Of a stretch of DNA of 64,000 nucleotides, positions 10,245-20,901 are shown one piece after another; the first letter of the stretch is position 1, and every line of letters starts with the position of its first letter. The stretch is from Escherichia phage DaisyDussoix, in sequence record MZ501058, one strand, 5' to 3'. Below the pieces are notes generated by a model. The model did not search any database, was not told where the DNA came from, and worked only from the letters and a program-made list of their open reading frames with translations. A program made the translations under genes and the position numbers.

Positions 10245-10648
10245 TGATTAACTTAAAAGATATTACCCTAGAAACTCGTACTGTCACTCTTTCATACCCA
10301 GGTATGCCGAACTTTAAGCTAGAGCTTAATTATATGTCTCGTGCTACTTCTAAGCGAGTTATCACTTCTGCTAAGCGTGACGAGTGGGTTAACGGTACTT
10401 TGATTCAGGTACAGGATGATGATAAGTTTATTGAAGCTTTCATTGATGCTGCGATTAAAGGTTGGACTGGTTTGACTGTAGGTGACGTTGAAAAACTGAT
10501 GCTGATTGAAACAGATGCTGATCCTGCTACTGAAGTTCCATTTAGTCGTGATAATGCTGTAATGCTTATGCAGAACTCTGCTGCGTTTGATTCTTGGATC
10601 AACCAGACAGTGTTCCACTTAGACACTTTTCGTAGCTCAAAAGCGTAA
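10244..10648 (+). CDS. putative tail assembly chaperone
   Basis: 134 aa; position directly upstream of tape measure gene; ATGA overlap with preceding gene. Confidence 0.4.
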   Translation: MINLKDITLETRTVTLSYPGMPNFKLELNYMSRATSKRVITSAKRDEWVNGTLIQVQDDDKFIEAFIDAAIKGWTGLTVGDVEKLMLIETDADPATEVPFSRDNAVMLMQNSAAFDSWINQTVFHLDTFRSSKA

Positions 10649-10709
10649 AGAACTACTAGATGCTGTTGCCGACTTTGCTGATAAATGTATTAAAAGCTCA
10701 GCATCTAAA

Positions 10710-11078
10710 ATGACTAAACAACAATATCTAATACTTTGCGAGTCAATGGGCATAGAACCTGATCCTAAGGCTATGCCTGTTGAACTTGAAGATTTTCCAC
10801 CTATTGTAGCTATTAGTATGCATATTTATAATAGTCTAATTGACTGTTTCATACCGGGTGACTTTCCTATATTTATAGGTAAAGATAAAGCAGCTCTAGG
10901 TGTTTTATTTGATATTTATGGGATTACTGATCCTATAGAAAAAGAATTTGTTCTACACATCATCAATATATTTGATGCTAAAGCTGTAGATGCTGCACGT
11001 AAACGTGCTGAGAAGCATAAACCGCAAAACGGAAGGATTCCTAACGTTAAGCCACATGCTAGATCTCGTGCACGGTAA
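10710..11078 (+). CDS. hypothetical protein, possible second chaperone segment
   Basis: 122 aa; its reading frame is open from 10623 and overlaps the last 26 nt of the upstream ORF in the +1 frame. Confidence 0.35.
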   Translation: MTKQQYLILCESMGIEPDPKAMPVELEDFPPIVAISMHIYNSLIDCFIPGDFPIFIGKDKAALGVLFDIYGITDPIEKEFVLHIINIFDAKAVDAARKRAEKHKPQNGRIPNVKPHARSRAR

Positions 11079-11113
11079 AAGTTTCCTCCAATGGGCGTTC
11101 CACGATGAGGCTT

Positions 11114-11144
11114 GGCTCTGGGTGATTTGCCCAGAGCCTTTTTT
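11114..11144 (+). terminator. rho-independent terminator upstream of tape measure gene
   Basis: Stem GGCTCTGGG / CCCAGAGCC, 7-nt loop, T6 run. Confidence 0.8.
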
Positions 11145-11161
11145 ATTGGGAAAAATAAAAC

Positions 11162-14100
11162 ATGACTGATAAGCTAATACGAGAATTACTAATAGACGTT
11201 AAACAGAAGGGGGCAACTCGTACTGCAAAGTCTATTGAAAACGTATCTGATGCGTTGGAAAATGCTGCTGCTGCTTCCGAACTGACAAATGAGCAGTTAG
11301 GTAAAATGCCCAGAACTCTTTATTCCATTGAGAGGGCAGCAGACAGAGCAGCGAAAAGTCTTACTAAAATGCAAGCTAGTAGGGGTATGCTTAGTGTTAC
11401 TAAATCTATTAATGATATAGGGGCTAAGTTAGACGACCTCGCTATTACAATAATTGAAGTAGCAGATAAATTAGAAGTCGGATTTGATGGAGTTTCTAGA
11501 TCTGTTAAAACAATGGGTAATGATGTTGCAGCTGCAACAGAAAAAGTCCAGGATAGATTATACGATACTAATAGAGCATTAGGTGGTACAGCTAGAGGTT
11601 TTAACGACACTGCTGGTGCCGCTGGTAGAGCTTCTAGAGCTATTGGTAATACTTCTGGTTCAGCACGTGGTGCAACTCGTGATTTTGCGGCAATGGCTAA
11701 GATAGGTGGTAGTTTACCTATTATGTACGCAGCTCTTGCTTCCAACATCTTCGTTTTGCAATCAGCATTTGAACAACTTAAACTAGGTGATCAGCTAAAT
11801 CGTCTAGAAAAATTTGGTGTTATAGTAGGTACTCAGACAGGTACTCCTGTTCAGACCCTTGCTAGATCACTACAAGAAGCTGCTGGATATGCTATTTCTT
11901 TTGAGGAAGCAATGAGGCAGGCATCTTCAGCATCTGCTTATGGATTTGATGCTGAACAACTTAATAAATTTGGTTTAGTAGCTCGTCGTGCGGCTGCTGT
12001 TCTTGGCGTTGATATGACTGATGCACTTAACCGTGTGATTAAGGGCGTATCTAAACAAGAAATCGAACTTCTGGATGAACTTGGTGTCACCATCCGTCTT
12101 AATGACGCATACGCTGATTATGTTAAACAGTTAAATGCTGCAAACACTGGTATAACATATAATGTTAATAGTCTTACCACTTTCCAGAAACAACAAGCAT
12201 ACGCTAACGCGGTAATTGCTGAATCTACTAAACGGTTTGGCTATCTAGATGAAGTACTACGCGCAACTCCATGGGAGCAATTTGCTGCTAATGCAGATGC
12301 TGCACTAAGAAAAATACAACAAGCTGCTGCTAAGTATTTAGGGCCAGTAATTGATGCTATCAACACAGTATTTTATACATCTCAGGCTTCTATATCGGCG
12401 GAGGCAGCTAGGGCTCAAGAAAAAACTAATAGACAGATAGACCCTACCAACGTTGGTGCTGTTGCTTTAAGTTTAGCTGCTTCTGAAGAAGGCTATAATA
12501 AAGCTCTAGATATGTATAAGGAATCTCTTGATAAGCGTAATAAGCTAAAATCTGAGTTTGATAAACGAATGGAACAAGCAGATTTCTATACAAAACTAGC
12601 TATACGTCAAGTTGGTGAAGGTATTCCTATTGGTCTTGCAGCAGCAGGTGCTTCGGAGGCCAATAAACAATTTGTAGCAGAAACTGCAGCTATGGGTCTA
12701 CAAGTAACTAGACTTGGTAAGGAAGTAGAGGATTCTACGGAAAACCTCAATGCATGGAAATCAGCGTATCAAGCAGCTGGGGATGCTGCTTCAAAGGCTA
12801 GTCCAGAATTTCAAAAGCAGATTAATCTACAGAGAGATGCTACAGATCCTGGTGCTGTATATGACTTTAACTCCACAGTATTAAAAGGACTAACTGAGCA
12901 ACAAAAAGCATATAATCAGATTAAGAAAACAGCCAGTGACTTAGCTAATGATATACAGAACGTTGCTCAGAGTACAGATACTGCTGCTAAAACTAGTGCT
13001 ACTTTAGCAGATGCTATAAAAAACATAGAATCTCTATCTCTAGGTACTGGTAAGAGTGCTGATGAATACGTTAAAAACCTTAACCTGGGCTATAACACCC
13101 TATCTGAAATGAAAACTGCATCTCAGGCTCTATCTGAGTATGTTAAACTAACCGGTAATGAAACTAAAAATCAGTTAGCAGTTCAACAGAAAATAGCTGA
13201 TGTGTATAATCAAACTAAGGATAAGGAAAAGGCTCAGGAAGCTGGTAGACGTTTAGAGTTGCAACAGTTAGAAGAGCAAGAAGCTGCTTTACGCCGTGTT
13301 CTTCAAACAAACCAGGGAAATAAAGCTGTTGAGAAAGAAATTGAAAAAATTCAGCTGGAGAAACTTAAACTTACTAATCAGGGTATGGAAGCTCAGAAGA
13401 AGGTCAAGGATTACACAGATAAAATTCTTGGTGTAGATCGTGAGATAGCTCTCTTAAATAACCGTACTATGACGGATACTCAGTATCGTCTAGCACAGTT
13501 AAATCTTGAATTGACCATTGAAAAAGAGAAGTACGAATGGTATACAAAACAAGCGGACAAACAGAAAGAGGCTGAACAGTCTAGACGTTCTCAAGCCCAA
13601 ATTGAACGTGAAATATGGAAATTCCGTCAGGACCAGCAAGCTGAAATGACCAGTAAAAGGCAAGAAGCCTTTGAAAATACTCTAACTTCCATGTTCCCTC
13701 TGGCAGGGGAAATGCAAAAAATGGAAATGCAGTTAGACTTTTATACTCAGATGAAGGAACTTACTAAAGGTAATGCTAATGAGCAGATGCGTTGGAATGC
13801 TGAAATAGCCAAGACAAGGGCTCAGATATCAGCTTTAACAGCACAACGTAATGCTCAAATGCAAGCTTCTGTTGGATCTTCACTGGGTGCTGTATATACT
13901 CCTACAACTGGTCTATCCGGGAAAGATAAAGAGTTTGCTGATATGGGAAATAGAATGGCTTCTTATGATCAGGCAATCTCTAAGTTATCCGAGCTAAACT
14001 CCGAAGCAACTGCTGTGGCTCAAAGCATGGGTAATTTAACTAATGCTATGATTCAGTTCTCAATGAAATCACTAGATACTACTTCCTTGATTGCTTCTGG

Positions 14101-14845
14101 TATGCAAACTGTGGCTTCTATGATTCAATACAGTACTAGTCAGCAGGTTAGTGCTATTGATGCAGCTATCGCAGCGGAGCAGAAACGTGATGGTAAATCA
14201 GAAGCATCTAAAGCTAAATTGAAGAAGCTAGAAGCTGAAAAGCTGAAGATTCAACAAGATGCAGCTAAGAAGCAGATTATCATCCAAACTGCAGTAGCAG
14301 TTATGCAGGCAGCAACAGCTGTACCATACCCGTTCTCTATCCCTCTGATGGTAGCGGCAGGATTAGCAGGTGCTCTGGCATTAGCGCAGGCATCCTCTGC
14401 CTCTAGTATGTCAAGTATTGCAGATTCTGGAGCGGATACTACTAGTTATTTAACTCTTGGAGAGCGTCAGAAGAACATTGATGTATCTATGTCTGCTAAC
14501 GCTGGGGAACTATCCTATGTGCGTGGTGATCAAGGTATTGGTAATGCTAATTCATTTGTGCCTCGTGCCGAAGGTGGTAATATGTACCCAGGGGTTAGCT
14601 ACCAGATGGGAGAACATGGTACAGAAGTAATTACACCTATGATTCCTATGAAAGCTACACCTAATGATGAGCTAAAAATTTCATCTAACTCAACTTCAGG
14701 AAGACCTATCATCCTGAATATTAGTGCTATGGATGCTGCAAGTTTCAGAGAGTTTGCTTCTAGTAATAGTAGTGCTCTAAGAGACGCAGTAGAATTAGCT
14801 CTGAATGAGAACGGTGCTAGTCTGAAAACATTAGGAAATTCTTAA
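11162..14845 (+). CDS. tape measure protein (T5 pb2-like)
   Basis: 1227 aa; long coiled-coil-rich central region, hydrophobic segment near C-terminus; canonical position. Confidence 0.9.
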   Translation: MTDKLIRELLIDVKQKGATRTAKSIENVSDALENAAAASELTNEQLGKMPRTLYSIERAADRAAKSLTKMQASRGMLSVTKSINDIGAKLDDLAITIIEVADKLEVGFDGVSRSVKTMGNDVAAATEKVQDRLYDTNRALGGTARGFNDTAGAAGRASRAIGNTSGSARGATRDFAAMAKIGGSLPIMYAALASNIFVLQSAFEQLKLGDQLNRLEKFGVIVGTQTGTPVQTLARSLQEAAGYAISFEEAMRQASSASAYGFDAEQLNKFGLVARRAAAVLGVDMTDALNRVIKGVSKQEIELLDELGVTIRLNDAYADYVKQLNAANTGITYNVNSLTTFQKQQAYANAVIAESTKRFGYLDEVLRATPWEQFAANADAALRKIQQAAAKYLGPVIDAINTVFYTSQASISAEAARAQEKTNRQIDPTNVGAVALSLAASEEGYNKALDMYKESLDKRNKLKSEFDKRMEQADFYTKLAIRQVGEGIPIGLAAAGASEANKQFVAETAAMGLQVTRLGKEVEDSTENLNAWKSAYQAAGDAASKASPEFQKQINLQRDATDPGAVYDFNSTVLKGLTEQQKAYNQIKKTASDLANDIQNVAQSTDTAAKTSATLADAIKNIESLSLGTGKSADEYVKNLNLGYNTLSEMKTASQALSEYVKLTGNETKNQLAVQQKIADVYNQTKDKEKAQEAGRRLELQQLEEQEAALRRVLQTNQGNKAVEKEIEKIQLEKLKLTNQGMEAQKKVKDYTDKILGVDREIALLNNRTMTDTQYRLAQLNLELTIEKEKYEWYTKQADKQKEAEQSRRSQAQIEREIWKFRQDQQAEMTSKRQEAFENTLTSMFPLAGEMQKMEMQLDFYTQMKELTKGNANEQMRWNAEIAKTRAQISALTAQRNAQMQASVGSSLGAVYTPTTGLSGKDKEFADMGNRMASYDQAISKLSELNSEATAVAQSMGNLTNAMIQFSMKSLDTTSLIASGMQTVASMIQYSTSQQVSAIDAAIAAEQKRDGKSEASKAKLKKLEAEKLKIQQDAAKKQIIIQTAVAVMQAATAVPYPFSIPLMVAAGLAGALALAQASSASSMSSIADSGADTTSYLTLGERQKNIDVSMSANAGELSYVRGDQGIGNANSFVPRAEGGNMYPGVSYQMGEHGTEVITPMIPMKATPNDELKISSNSTSGRPIILNISAMDAASFREFASSNSSALRDAVELALNENGASLKTLGNS

Positions 14846-14852
14846 AACTGGA

Positions 14853-14879
14853 GGAGGACTTTGAGTCCTCCTTTTCTTT
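14853..14879 (+). terminator. rho-independent terminator after tape measure gene
   Basis: Stem GGAGGACT / AGTCCTCC with TTG loop followed by TTTTCTTT. Confidence 0.75.
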
Positions 14880-14898
14880 ATGGAAAAATAAAAATTTC

Positions 14899-14927
14899 TT
14901 GATAAAATTTTCTAATACTATTATAAT
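14899..14927 (+). promoter_or_regulatory. sigma70-like promoter upstream of Dit gene
   Basis: TTGATA -35, 17-nt spacer, TATAAT -10; followed by SD AAAGAGGAGAAA and ATG 14955. Confidence 0.6.
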
Positions 14928-14954
14928 ATTGTTATTAAAGAGGAGAAATTAACT

Positions 14955-15569
14955 ATGAGATTACCAGACCCATACACGAATCCAGAACTTTCAGGCTTAG
15001 GATTCGAAAGTGTTAACCTGATTGACAATGACCCAGTAATTCGTGATGAGTTACCAAATGGTAAAGTTAACGAAGTTAAGGTATCTGCTCAATACTGGGG
15101 TATAAATATTTCTTATCCAGAATTATTTCCAGATGAATATAGTGTTCTAGATGCTTTTATTCTAGAATACAAAAGGACTGGTGGTTATATAGATGTTATA
15201 TTACCCCAATACGAAGCTTTTAGAGTTAGAGGTAATACTAGTCTAGTAAGTATACCTGCTGGACAGAAGGGTTCTAATATAACTATGGATACAAAAGGGC
15301 TTCTTACAGGTACTCCAAAACCAGGGGATCTATTTAAGCTATCTAACCACCCAAAAGTATATAAAATAACATCATTTAACAAATCAGGTAATACATGGTC
15401 CATAAACTTATACCCTGATTTATTTATAACTACTACTGGAGCGGAGAAGCCAGTATTTAATGGAATACTATTTAGAACAAAACTCATGAATGGTGATGCT
15501 TTCGGATCTACATTAAATAATAACGGAACATATTCCGGCATCTCATTAAATTTACGGGAAAGTTTATGA
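14955..15569 (+). CDS. distal tail protein Dit (T5 pb9-like)
   Basis: 204 aa; position between tape measure and baseplate hub; strong SD. Confidence 0.65.
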   Translation: MRLPDPYTNPELSGLGFESVNLIDNDPVIRDELPNGKVNEVKVSAQYWGINISYPELFPDEYSVLDAFILEYKRTGGYIDVILPQYEAFRVRGNTSLVSIPAGQKGSNITMDTKGLLTGTPKPGDLFKLSNHPKVYKITSFNKSGNTWSINLYPDLFITTTGAEKPVFNGILFRTKLMNGDAFGSTLNNNGTYSGISLNLRESL

Positions 15570-18415
15570 AGAAAATACTAGATAGTGCTAGAAACTACTT
15601 AAAAAATAATAGCAGAATAAAAACTGCTAGTCTAATTTCTCTAGAATTACCTGGCTCTACTGGTACTAGTACTGCTTTTATTTACTTAACTGATTATTTT
15701 AGAGATGTACTATATAATGGTATTTTGTACCAGGCCGGTAAAGTTAAGTCTATTAGCACACATAAACAAAATAGAGATTTATCTATTGGCAGTCTATCTT
15801 TTACTATTACGGGTACAGCGCAGGATGAAGTACTGAAATTAGTGCAGAATGGTGTATCCTTTTTAGATAGACTAGTATCAATCCACCAAGCAATTATTAC
15901 AGAGGATGGTTCTATTTTACCTGTAGACCCAGACACAAATGGCCCTTTATTATACTTTAGAGGGAGAATTACTGGTGGGGGTATTAAGGACAATATTAGT
16001 ACTTCTGGGGTTGGAACCTCTACAATTACTTGGAATTGTTCTAACCAATTCTATGATTTTGATAGGGTTAACGGTAGATTTACTGATGATGCTTCTCATA
16101 GAGGGCTTGAGGTTGTAGCAGGACAATTAGTTCCATCTAATGGGGCTAAAAGACTTGAGTACCAAGAAGATTATGGGTTCTTTCATGCCAATAAAAGTAT
16201 CTCTATTCTAGCAAAATATCAGGTACAGGAAGAAAGATACAAGCTAAAGTCTAAGAAAAAACTATTTGGCCTATCTAGAAGCTATAGTCTTAAAAAGTAC
16301 TATGAGACTGTTACTAAAGAAGTAGATATAGATTTTAACCTTGCTGCTAAGTATATACCAGTAGTTTATGGTGTACAGAAAATACCGGGAATACCTATTT
16401 TTGCGGATACGGAATTACACAATCCTAATATAGTTTATGTAGTATATGCTTTTGCTGAAGGAGAGATAGACGGTTTTCTTGACTTTTCCTTTGGTGATAA
16501 TCCTATGATTTGTATGGACTCTAATGATAGCTCTGCTAGAACCTGCTTCGGTGTTAAAAAAGTAGCAGGAGACACCATGCAAAGAATAGCATCAGGAATA
16601 TCTTCTAGTAGTCCTTCTGTGCATGGTCAGGAATATAAGTATAATGATGGTAATGGTGATATAAGGATTTGGACTTATCATGGAAAAGCTGATCAAACGG
16701 CTTCTGAAGTATTAGTAAATATAGCGAAGGAACGTGGGTTCTATCTCCAAAATATGAACGGTAATGGGCCTGAGTACTGGGATGCTAGATATAAACTATT
16801 AGATACTGCATACGCGATAGTACGCTTTACTATTAATGAAAATAGAACCGAGATCCCAGAGGTTAGTGCTGAGATTCAGGGTAAGAAGATAAAAATCTAT
16901 CATTCTGATGGTAGAGTAACTGCTAATAGTACTAGTTTAAACGGTATTTGGCAAACACTTGACTACTTAACTTCAGATAGGTATGGTGCAAACATTACTA
17001 TTGATCAGTTTCCTCTCCAACAATTGGTACAAGAAGCTGCTATCTTAGATATTATAGATGAATCTTACCAAGTATCCTGGCAGCCATACTGGAGATATGT
17101 TGGGTGGACTGATCCATTAGCAGAAAATAGACAAATAGTACAAATGAATACTATTCTAGATACGTCTGAATCAGTATTTAAAAACGTGCAAGGTTTGCTA
17201 GAGTCCTACGGTGGGGCTATTAACAACTTATCTGGTCAATATAGGATTACTGTAGAAAAATATTCTAATACTCCATTAGAGATTAATTTTCTGGATACTT
17301 ATGGTGATTTAGAGCTATCAGATACTACTGGTAGAAATAAATTCAACTCAGTTCAAGCATCCATCGTAGACCCAGCTCTTAGCTGGAAAACTAACTCTAT
17401 TACCTTTTACAACTCCAAATATAAAGAACAAGATAAAAATTTAGACAAAAAATTACAGTTATCTTTTGCAAATATAACTAACTACTATACTGCTAGAAGT
17501 TTTGCGGATAGAGAACTTAAGAAATCCAGATACTCAAGAACACTTTCTTTCTCATTGCCATATCAATTCATTGGTATTGAGCCTAATGATGCTATTGCAT
17601 TTACATACGACCGTTATGGATGGGATAAGAAATACTTTTTAGTAGATGAAGTAGAAAACTCTAGAGAAGGAAAGATAAATGTTACTCTACAGGAGTACGG
17701 GGAGGATGTATTCATCAACTCTGAGCAGGTTGATAATAGCGGTAATGATATTCCTGATATTAGTAACAATGTCCTTCCTCCTAGAGACTTTAAGTATACC
17801 CCTACTCCTGGCGGTTTAGTAGGCTCTATAGGTAAAAATGGTGAGTTATCCTGGCTTCCGAGTCTAACCAATAATGTAGTTTATTACTCTATTGTGCACT
17901 CAGGTCATGCCGAACCTTACATAGTACAACAGTTAGAGACCAACCCTAACGAACGTATGATCCAAGAGATAATTGGAGAGCCCGCAGGTTTAGCAATATT
18001 TGAAATAAGGGCTGTGGATATAAATGGTAGAAGAAGCTCTCCAGTAACATTATCTATAGAACTTAACTCTGCTAAAAACCTAAGTGTAGTACCTAATTTT
18101 AGGGTAACTAATACGGCTTCTGGGGATGTAACTGAATTTGTAGGCCCAGATGTAAAACTAGCTTGGGATAGAATACCGGAAGAAGATATAATAGAAAGTA
18201 TATTCTATACTCTGGAAATCTATGACTCCCAGAATAGAATGCTAAGAAGTGTACGTATTGAAAATCAGTATACTTATGACTATTTATTAATGTATAATAA
18301 GGCAGATTTTGCTCTTCATAACAGTGATGCTCTAGGAATCAACAGAAAACTATATTTTCGTATTAGAGCAGAAGGAGATGATGGAGAACAGTCTGTGGAG
18401 TGGGCATCCATTTAA
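15566..18415 (+). CDS. baseplate hub / tail tip protein (T5 pb3-like)
   Basis: 949 aa; ATGA overlap with Dit gene; canonical Dit-hub order. Confidence 0.7.
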   Translation: MKKILDSARNYLKNNSRIKTASLISLELPGSTGTSTAFIYLTDYFRDVLYNGILYQAGKVKSISTHKQNRDLSIGSLSFTITGTAQDEVLKLVQNGVSFLDRLVSIHQAIITEDGSILPVDPDTNGPLLYFRGRITGGGIKDNISTSGVGTSTITWNCSNQFYDFDRVNGRFTDDASHRGLEVVAGQLVPSNGAKRLEYQEDYGFFHANKSISILAKYQVQEERYKLKSKKKLFGLSRSYSLKKYYETVTKEVDIDFNLAAKYIPVVYGVQKIPGIPIFADTELHNPNIVYVVYAFAEGEIDGFLDFSFGDNPMICMDSNDSSARTCFGVKKVAGDTMQRIASGISSSSPSVHGQEYKYNDGNGDIRIWTYHGKADQTASEVLVNIAKERGFYLQNMNGNGPEYWDARYKLLDTAYAIVRFTINENRTEIPEVSAEIQGKKIKIYHSDGRVTANSTSLNGIWQTLDYLTSDRYGANITIDQFPLQQLVQEAAILDIIDESYQVSWQPYWRYVGWTDPLAENRQIVQMNTILDTSESVFKNVQGLLESYGGAINNLSGQYRITVEKYSNTPLEINFLDTYGDLELSDTTGRNKFNSVQASIVDPALSWKTNSITFYNSKYKEQDKNLDKKLQLSFANITNYYTARSFADRELKKSRYSRTLSFSLPYQFIGIEPNDAIAFTYDRYGWDKKYFLVDEVENSREGKINVTLQEYGEDVFINSEQVDNSGNDIPDISNNVLPPRDFKYTPTPGGLVGSIGKNGELSWLPSLTNNVVYYSIVHSGHAEPYIVQQLETNPNERMIQEIIGEPAGLAIFEIRAVDINGRRSSPVTLSIELNSAKNLSVVPNFRVTNTASGDVTEFVGPDVKLAWDRIPEEDIIESIFYTLEIYDSQNRMLRSVRIENQYTYDYLLMYNKADFALHNSDALGINRKLYFRIRAEGDDGEQSVEWASI

Positions 18416-20472
18416 TGATTTCGAATAATGCACCAGCCAAAATGGTCTTAAATAGTATAATGACTGGATATACAATGGCATATGTCCAGCACTCTATATA
18501 TACTGACTATGACGTTATTGGTAGATCTTTTTGGTTAAAGATAGGAGAAAGTATAGATAGACGTGATTATACCGGTATAGATACTTTCTTCGTAATGATT
18601 AATAACCTGACCCCTTCAACCTCTTACGAGATTCAAGGGGCTTTCTACGACTCTATTATAGACTCTGAACTATTAGAGGCTAAAATTGGTATCAATCTAT
18701 CTAATGAAACCAACTTTAAGACAAAAGAGAAGCCCACAATTGTTGCAGCAAGATCTGAATCAGAACCTGTGGATGTTGGGGTAGGTGCACCGATAGTTGT
18801 CGTAGAAACAACTGGTGAAGCAAGCTATTGTACTATTGAATTAAAAAGTACAGCTACTGAAGACAGTCCTTGGACTAAGTATTACATTGGGGCTTTAGGT
18901 TCTACTATTAAATTTGGTGGAGTTCCTATCGGAGATTATAAGATCAGAATATCTGGTCAAGTTACGATGCCAGATGGTGTTACAGTTGACTCATCTGGTT
19001 ATTATGAATATCCTAGCGTTTTCACTGTAGCTTATAATTTTGTACCGCCTACTGCACCTACTAACATTGCCTTTAAAGCTGCACGAATCGCAGATGGTAA
19101 GGAACGATATGATGTTAGAATAGAGTGGGATTGGGAACGTGGTGCGGGTGCTAATGTTCGTGAGTTCTTGGTTACATATATAAATTCTGAAGAATACGCT
19201 AAGACTGGCTGGGCTAAAGCTCAAAAGATAAACGTTGGTGCTGCTAGAGCCGCAACGATTATATCGTTCCCATGGAAAGTTGAGCATACTTTTAAGGTAT
19301 CATCAATTGCCTGGGGACCAAATAAGCAAGATATAACAGAATCAGCTCCTGTAACGTTTATACTTAATGAAGATACTCCTCTAGACAACAGCTTTGTCAA
19401 TGAGACGGGTATTGATGTTAATTATGCCTTTATTAAAGGCAGCATGAAAGATGGAGAAATCTGGAGACAGACATTCTTAATCGACGCAGCTACTGGTGCT
19501 ATTAACATTGGTCTGCTAGATGAAGAAGGAAAAGCACCTATTTCTTTCGACCCTATAAACCGTGTTGTTAACGTTGATGGTAAAGTAATTACTAGAGATA
19601 TTAATGCTGCGAACTTTATCATGACTAATTTATCTGGTAAGGATAATCCAGCAATTTATACTCAAGGTAAATCTTGGGGGGATAATAACTCTGGTATTTG
19701 GATGGGTATGGATAATACCTCTGCCAAAGCTAAATTAGACATTGGTAACGCTACACAATGGATACGTTATGATGGTACTACTTTGCGTATCTCTAGTGGT
19801 GTAGTCATTGGAACACCAAATGGTGACGTAGATATTGGAACTGGATTACAAGGTAAACAGACAGTATTTGTTTATAAGTTAGCAACATCTCTACCTGCTA
19901 AACCACTAGAACAAGATTATCCGCCTCCTGGTTGGTCAAAAACTCCACCTAACCGTACAGATATGACACAAAATATCTATGCCACTACAGGTACGCTTGA
20001 TCCCGTTACTAACAAACTTCTTGAAGGTACTAGCTGGTCTGATGTAGTTCAGTGGAGCGGTACTGAAGGTACTATAGGACATGACGGACAACGTGGTCCT
20101 GGGATGTACTCCTTAGGTATTCCTGGTCTTGGAGGCTGGGATGATGGACAAGCTAATGCCTTCTTCCAGAATAACTTTGGTAGTCCTCCTGTTAGATATG
20201 ATGTATTAACCGAATTTAATAGTAATGCTCCACAATCAGCATTTACCAGACAATGGAATGGATCTGGGTGGGTTAACCCTGCAATGGTTCTTCACGGGAA
20301 CATGATTGTTAATGGAACAGTGACGGCAGATAAAATTGTAGCAGGAAATGCTTTCTTGTCTCAAATTGGTGTTAATATCATTTATGATAGAAATGCTGCG
20401 TTATCCGGGAATCCTGAGGCATACTACAAGATGAAGATAGACCTAAATAGTGGGTATATCCATATAAGGTAA
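18400..20472 (+). CDS. central straight-fibre protein (T5 pb4-like)
   Basis: 690 aa; follows hub gene with short overlap; synteny. Confidence 0.6.
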   Translation: MGIHLMISNNAPAKMVLNSIMTGYTMAYVQHSIYTDYDVIGRSFWLKIGESIDRRDYTGIDTFFVMINNLTPSTSYEIQGAFYDSIIDSELLEAKIGINLSNETNFKTKEKPTIVAARSESEPVDVGVGAPIVVVETTGEASYCTIELKSTATEDSPWTKYYIGALGSTIKFGGVPIGDYKIRISGQVTMPDGVTVDSSGYYEYPSVFTVAYNFVPPTAPTNIAFKAARIADGKERYDVRIEWDWERGAGANVREFLVTYINSEEYAKTGWAKAQKINVGAARAATIISFPWKVEHTFKVSSIAWGPNKQDITESAPVTFILNEDTPLDNSFVNETGIDVNYAFIKGSMKDGEIWRQTFLIDAATGAINIGLLDEEGKAPISFDPINRVVNVDGKVITRDINAANFIMTNLSGKDNPAIYTQGKSWGDNNSGIWMGMDNTSAKAKLDIGNATQWIRYDGTTLRISSGVVIGTPNGDVDIGTGLQGKQTVFVYKLATSLPAKPLEQDYPPPGWSKTPPNRTDMTQNIYATTGTLDPVTNKLLEGTSWSDVVQWSGTEGTIGHDGQRGPGMYSLGIPGLGGWDDGQANAFFQNNFGSPPVRYDVLTEFNSNAPQSAFTRQWNGSGWVNPAMVLHGNMIVNGTVTADKIVAGNAFLSQIGVNIIYDRNAALSGNPEAYYKMKIDLNSGYIHIR

Positions 20473-20478
20473 TAAATA

Positions 20479-20901
20479 ATGAGTACAGAAAATAGAGTAA
20501 TTGATATTGTTATTGATGAGAAAGTGCCTTATGGTCTTATCATGCAGTTTATGGATGTTGATGATAGTGTATACCCTCCTTCTGAAATACCTGTTAATTT
20601 AACAGGTTATTCACTTCGTGGAACGATTAAAGCAAGTCTTGACGAGGATGCGGAAACTTTAGCTACTTTTAAAACTCGTATAATCGATGCGGCTCAAGGA
20701 GCTGCTGCTATTAGCCTTAGTGTTGGAGATGTTAATAATATAGGTATTAAGGCATCCAAAGAGCGTGATAAATATAACCCAAGACAACGTTTCGCAGGTT
20801 ATTACGATATTCTAATGACTCGCGATGTTATTGGTTCAGAAGTCAGTTCTTTCCGTATTATGGAAGGAAAGGTTTACGTGAGTGACGGGGTAACTCAATA
20901 A
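20479..20901 (+). CDS. collar protein (T5 p132-like)
   Basis: 140 aa; between central fibre and L-shaped fibre genes; overlaps next start. Confidence 0.45.
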   Translation: MSTENRVIDIVIDEKVPYGLIMQFMDVDDSVYPPSEIPVNLTGYSLRGTIKASLDEDAETLATFKTRIIDAAQGAAAISLSVGDVNNIGIKASKERDKYNPRQRFAGYYDILMTRDVIGSEVSSFRIMEGKVYVSDGVTQ

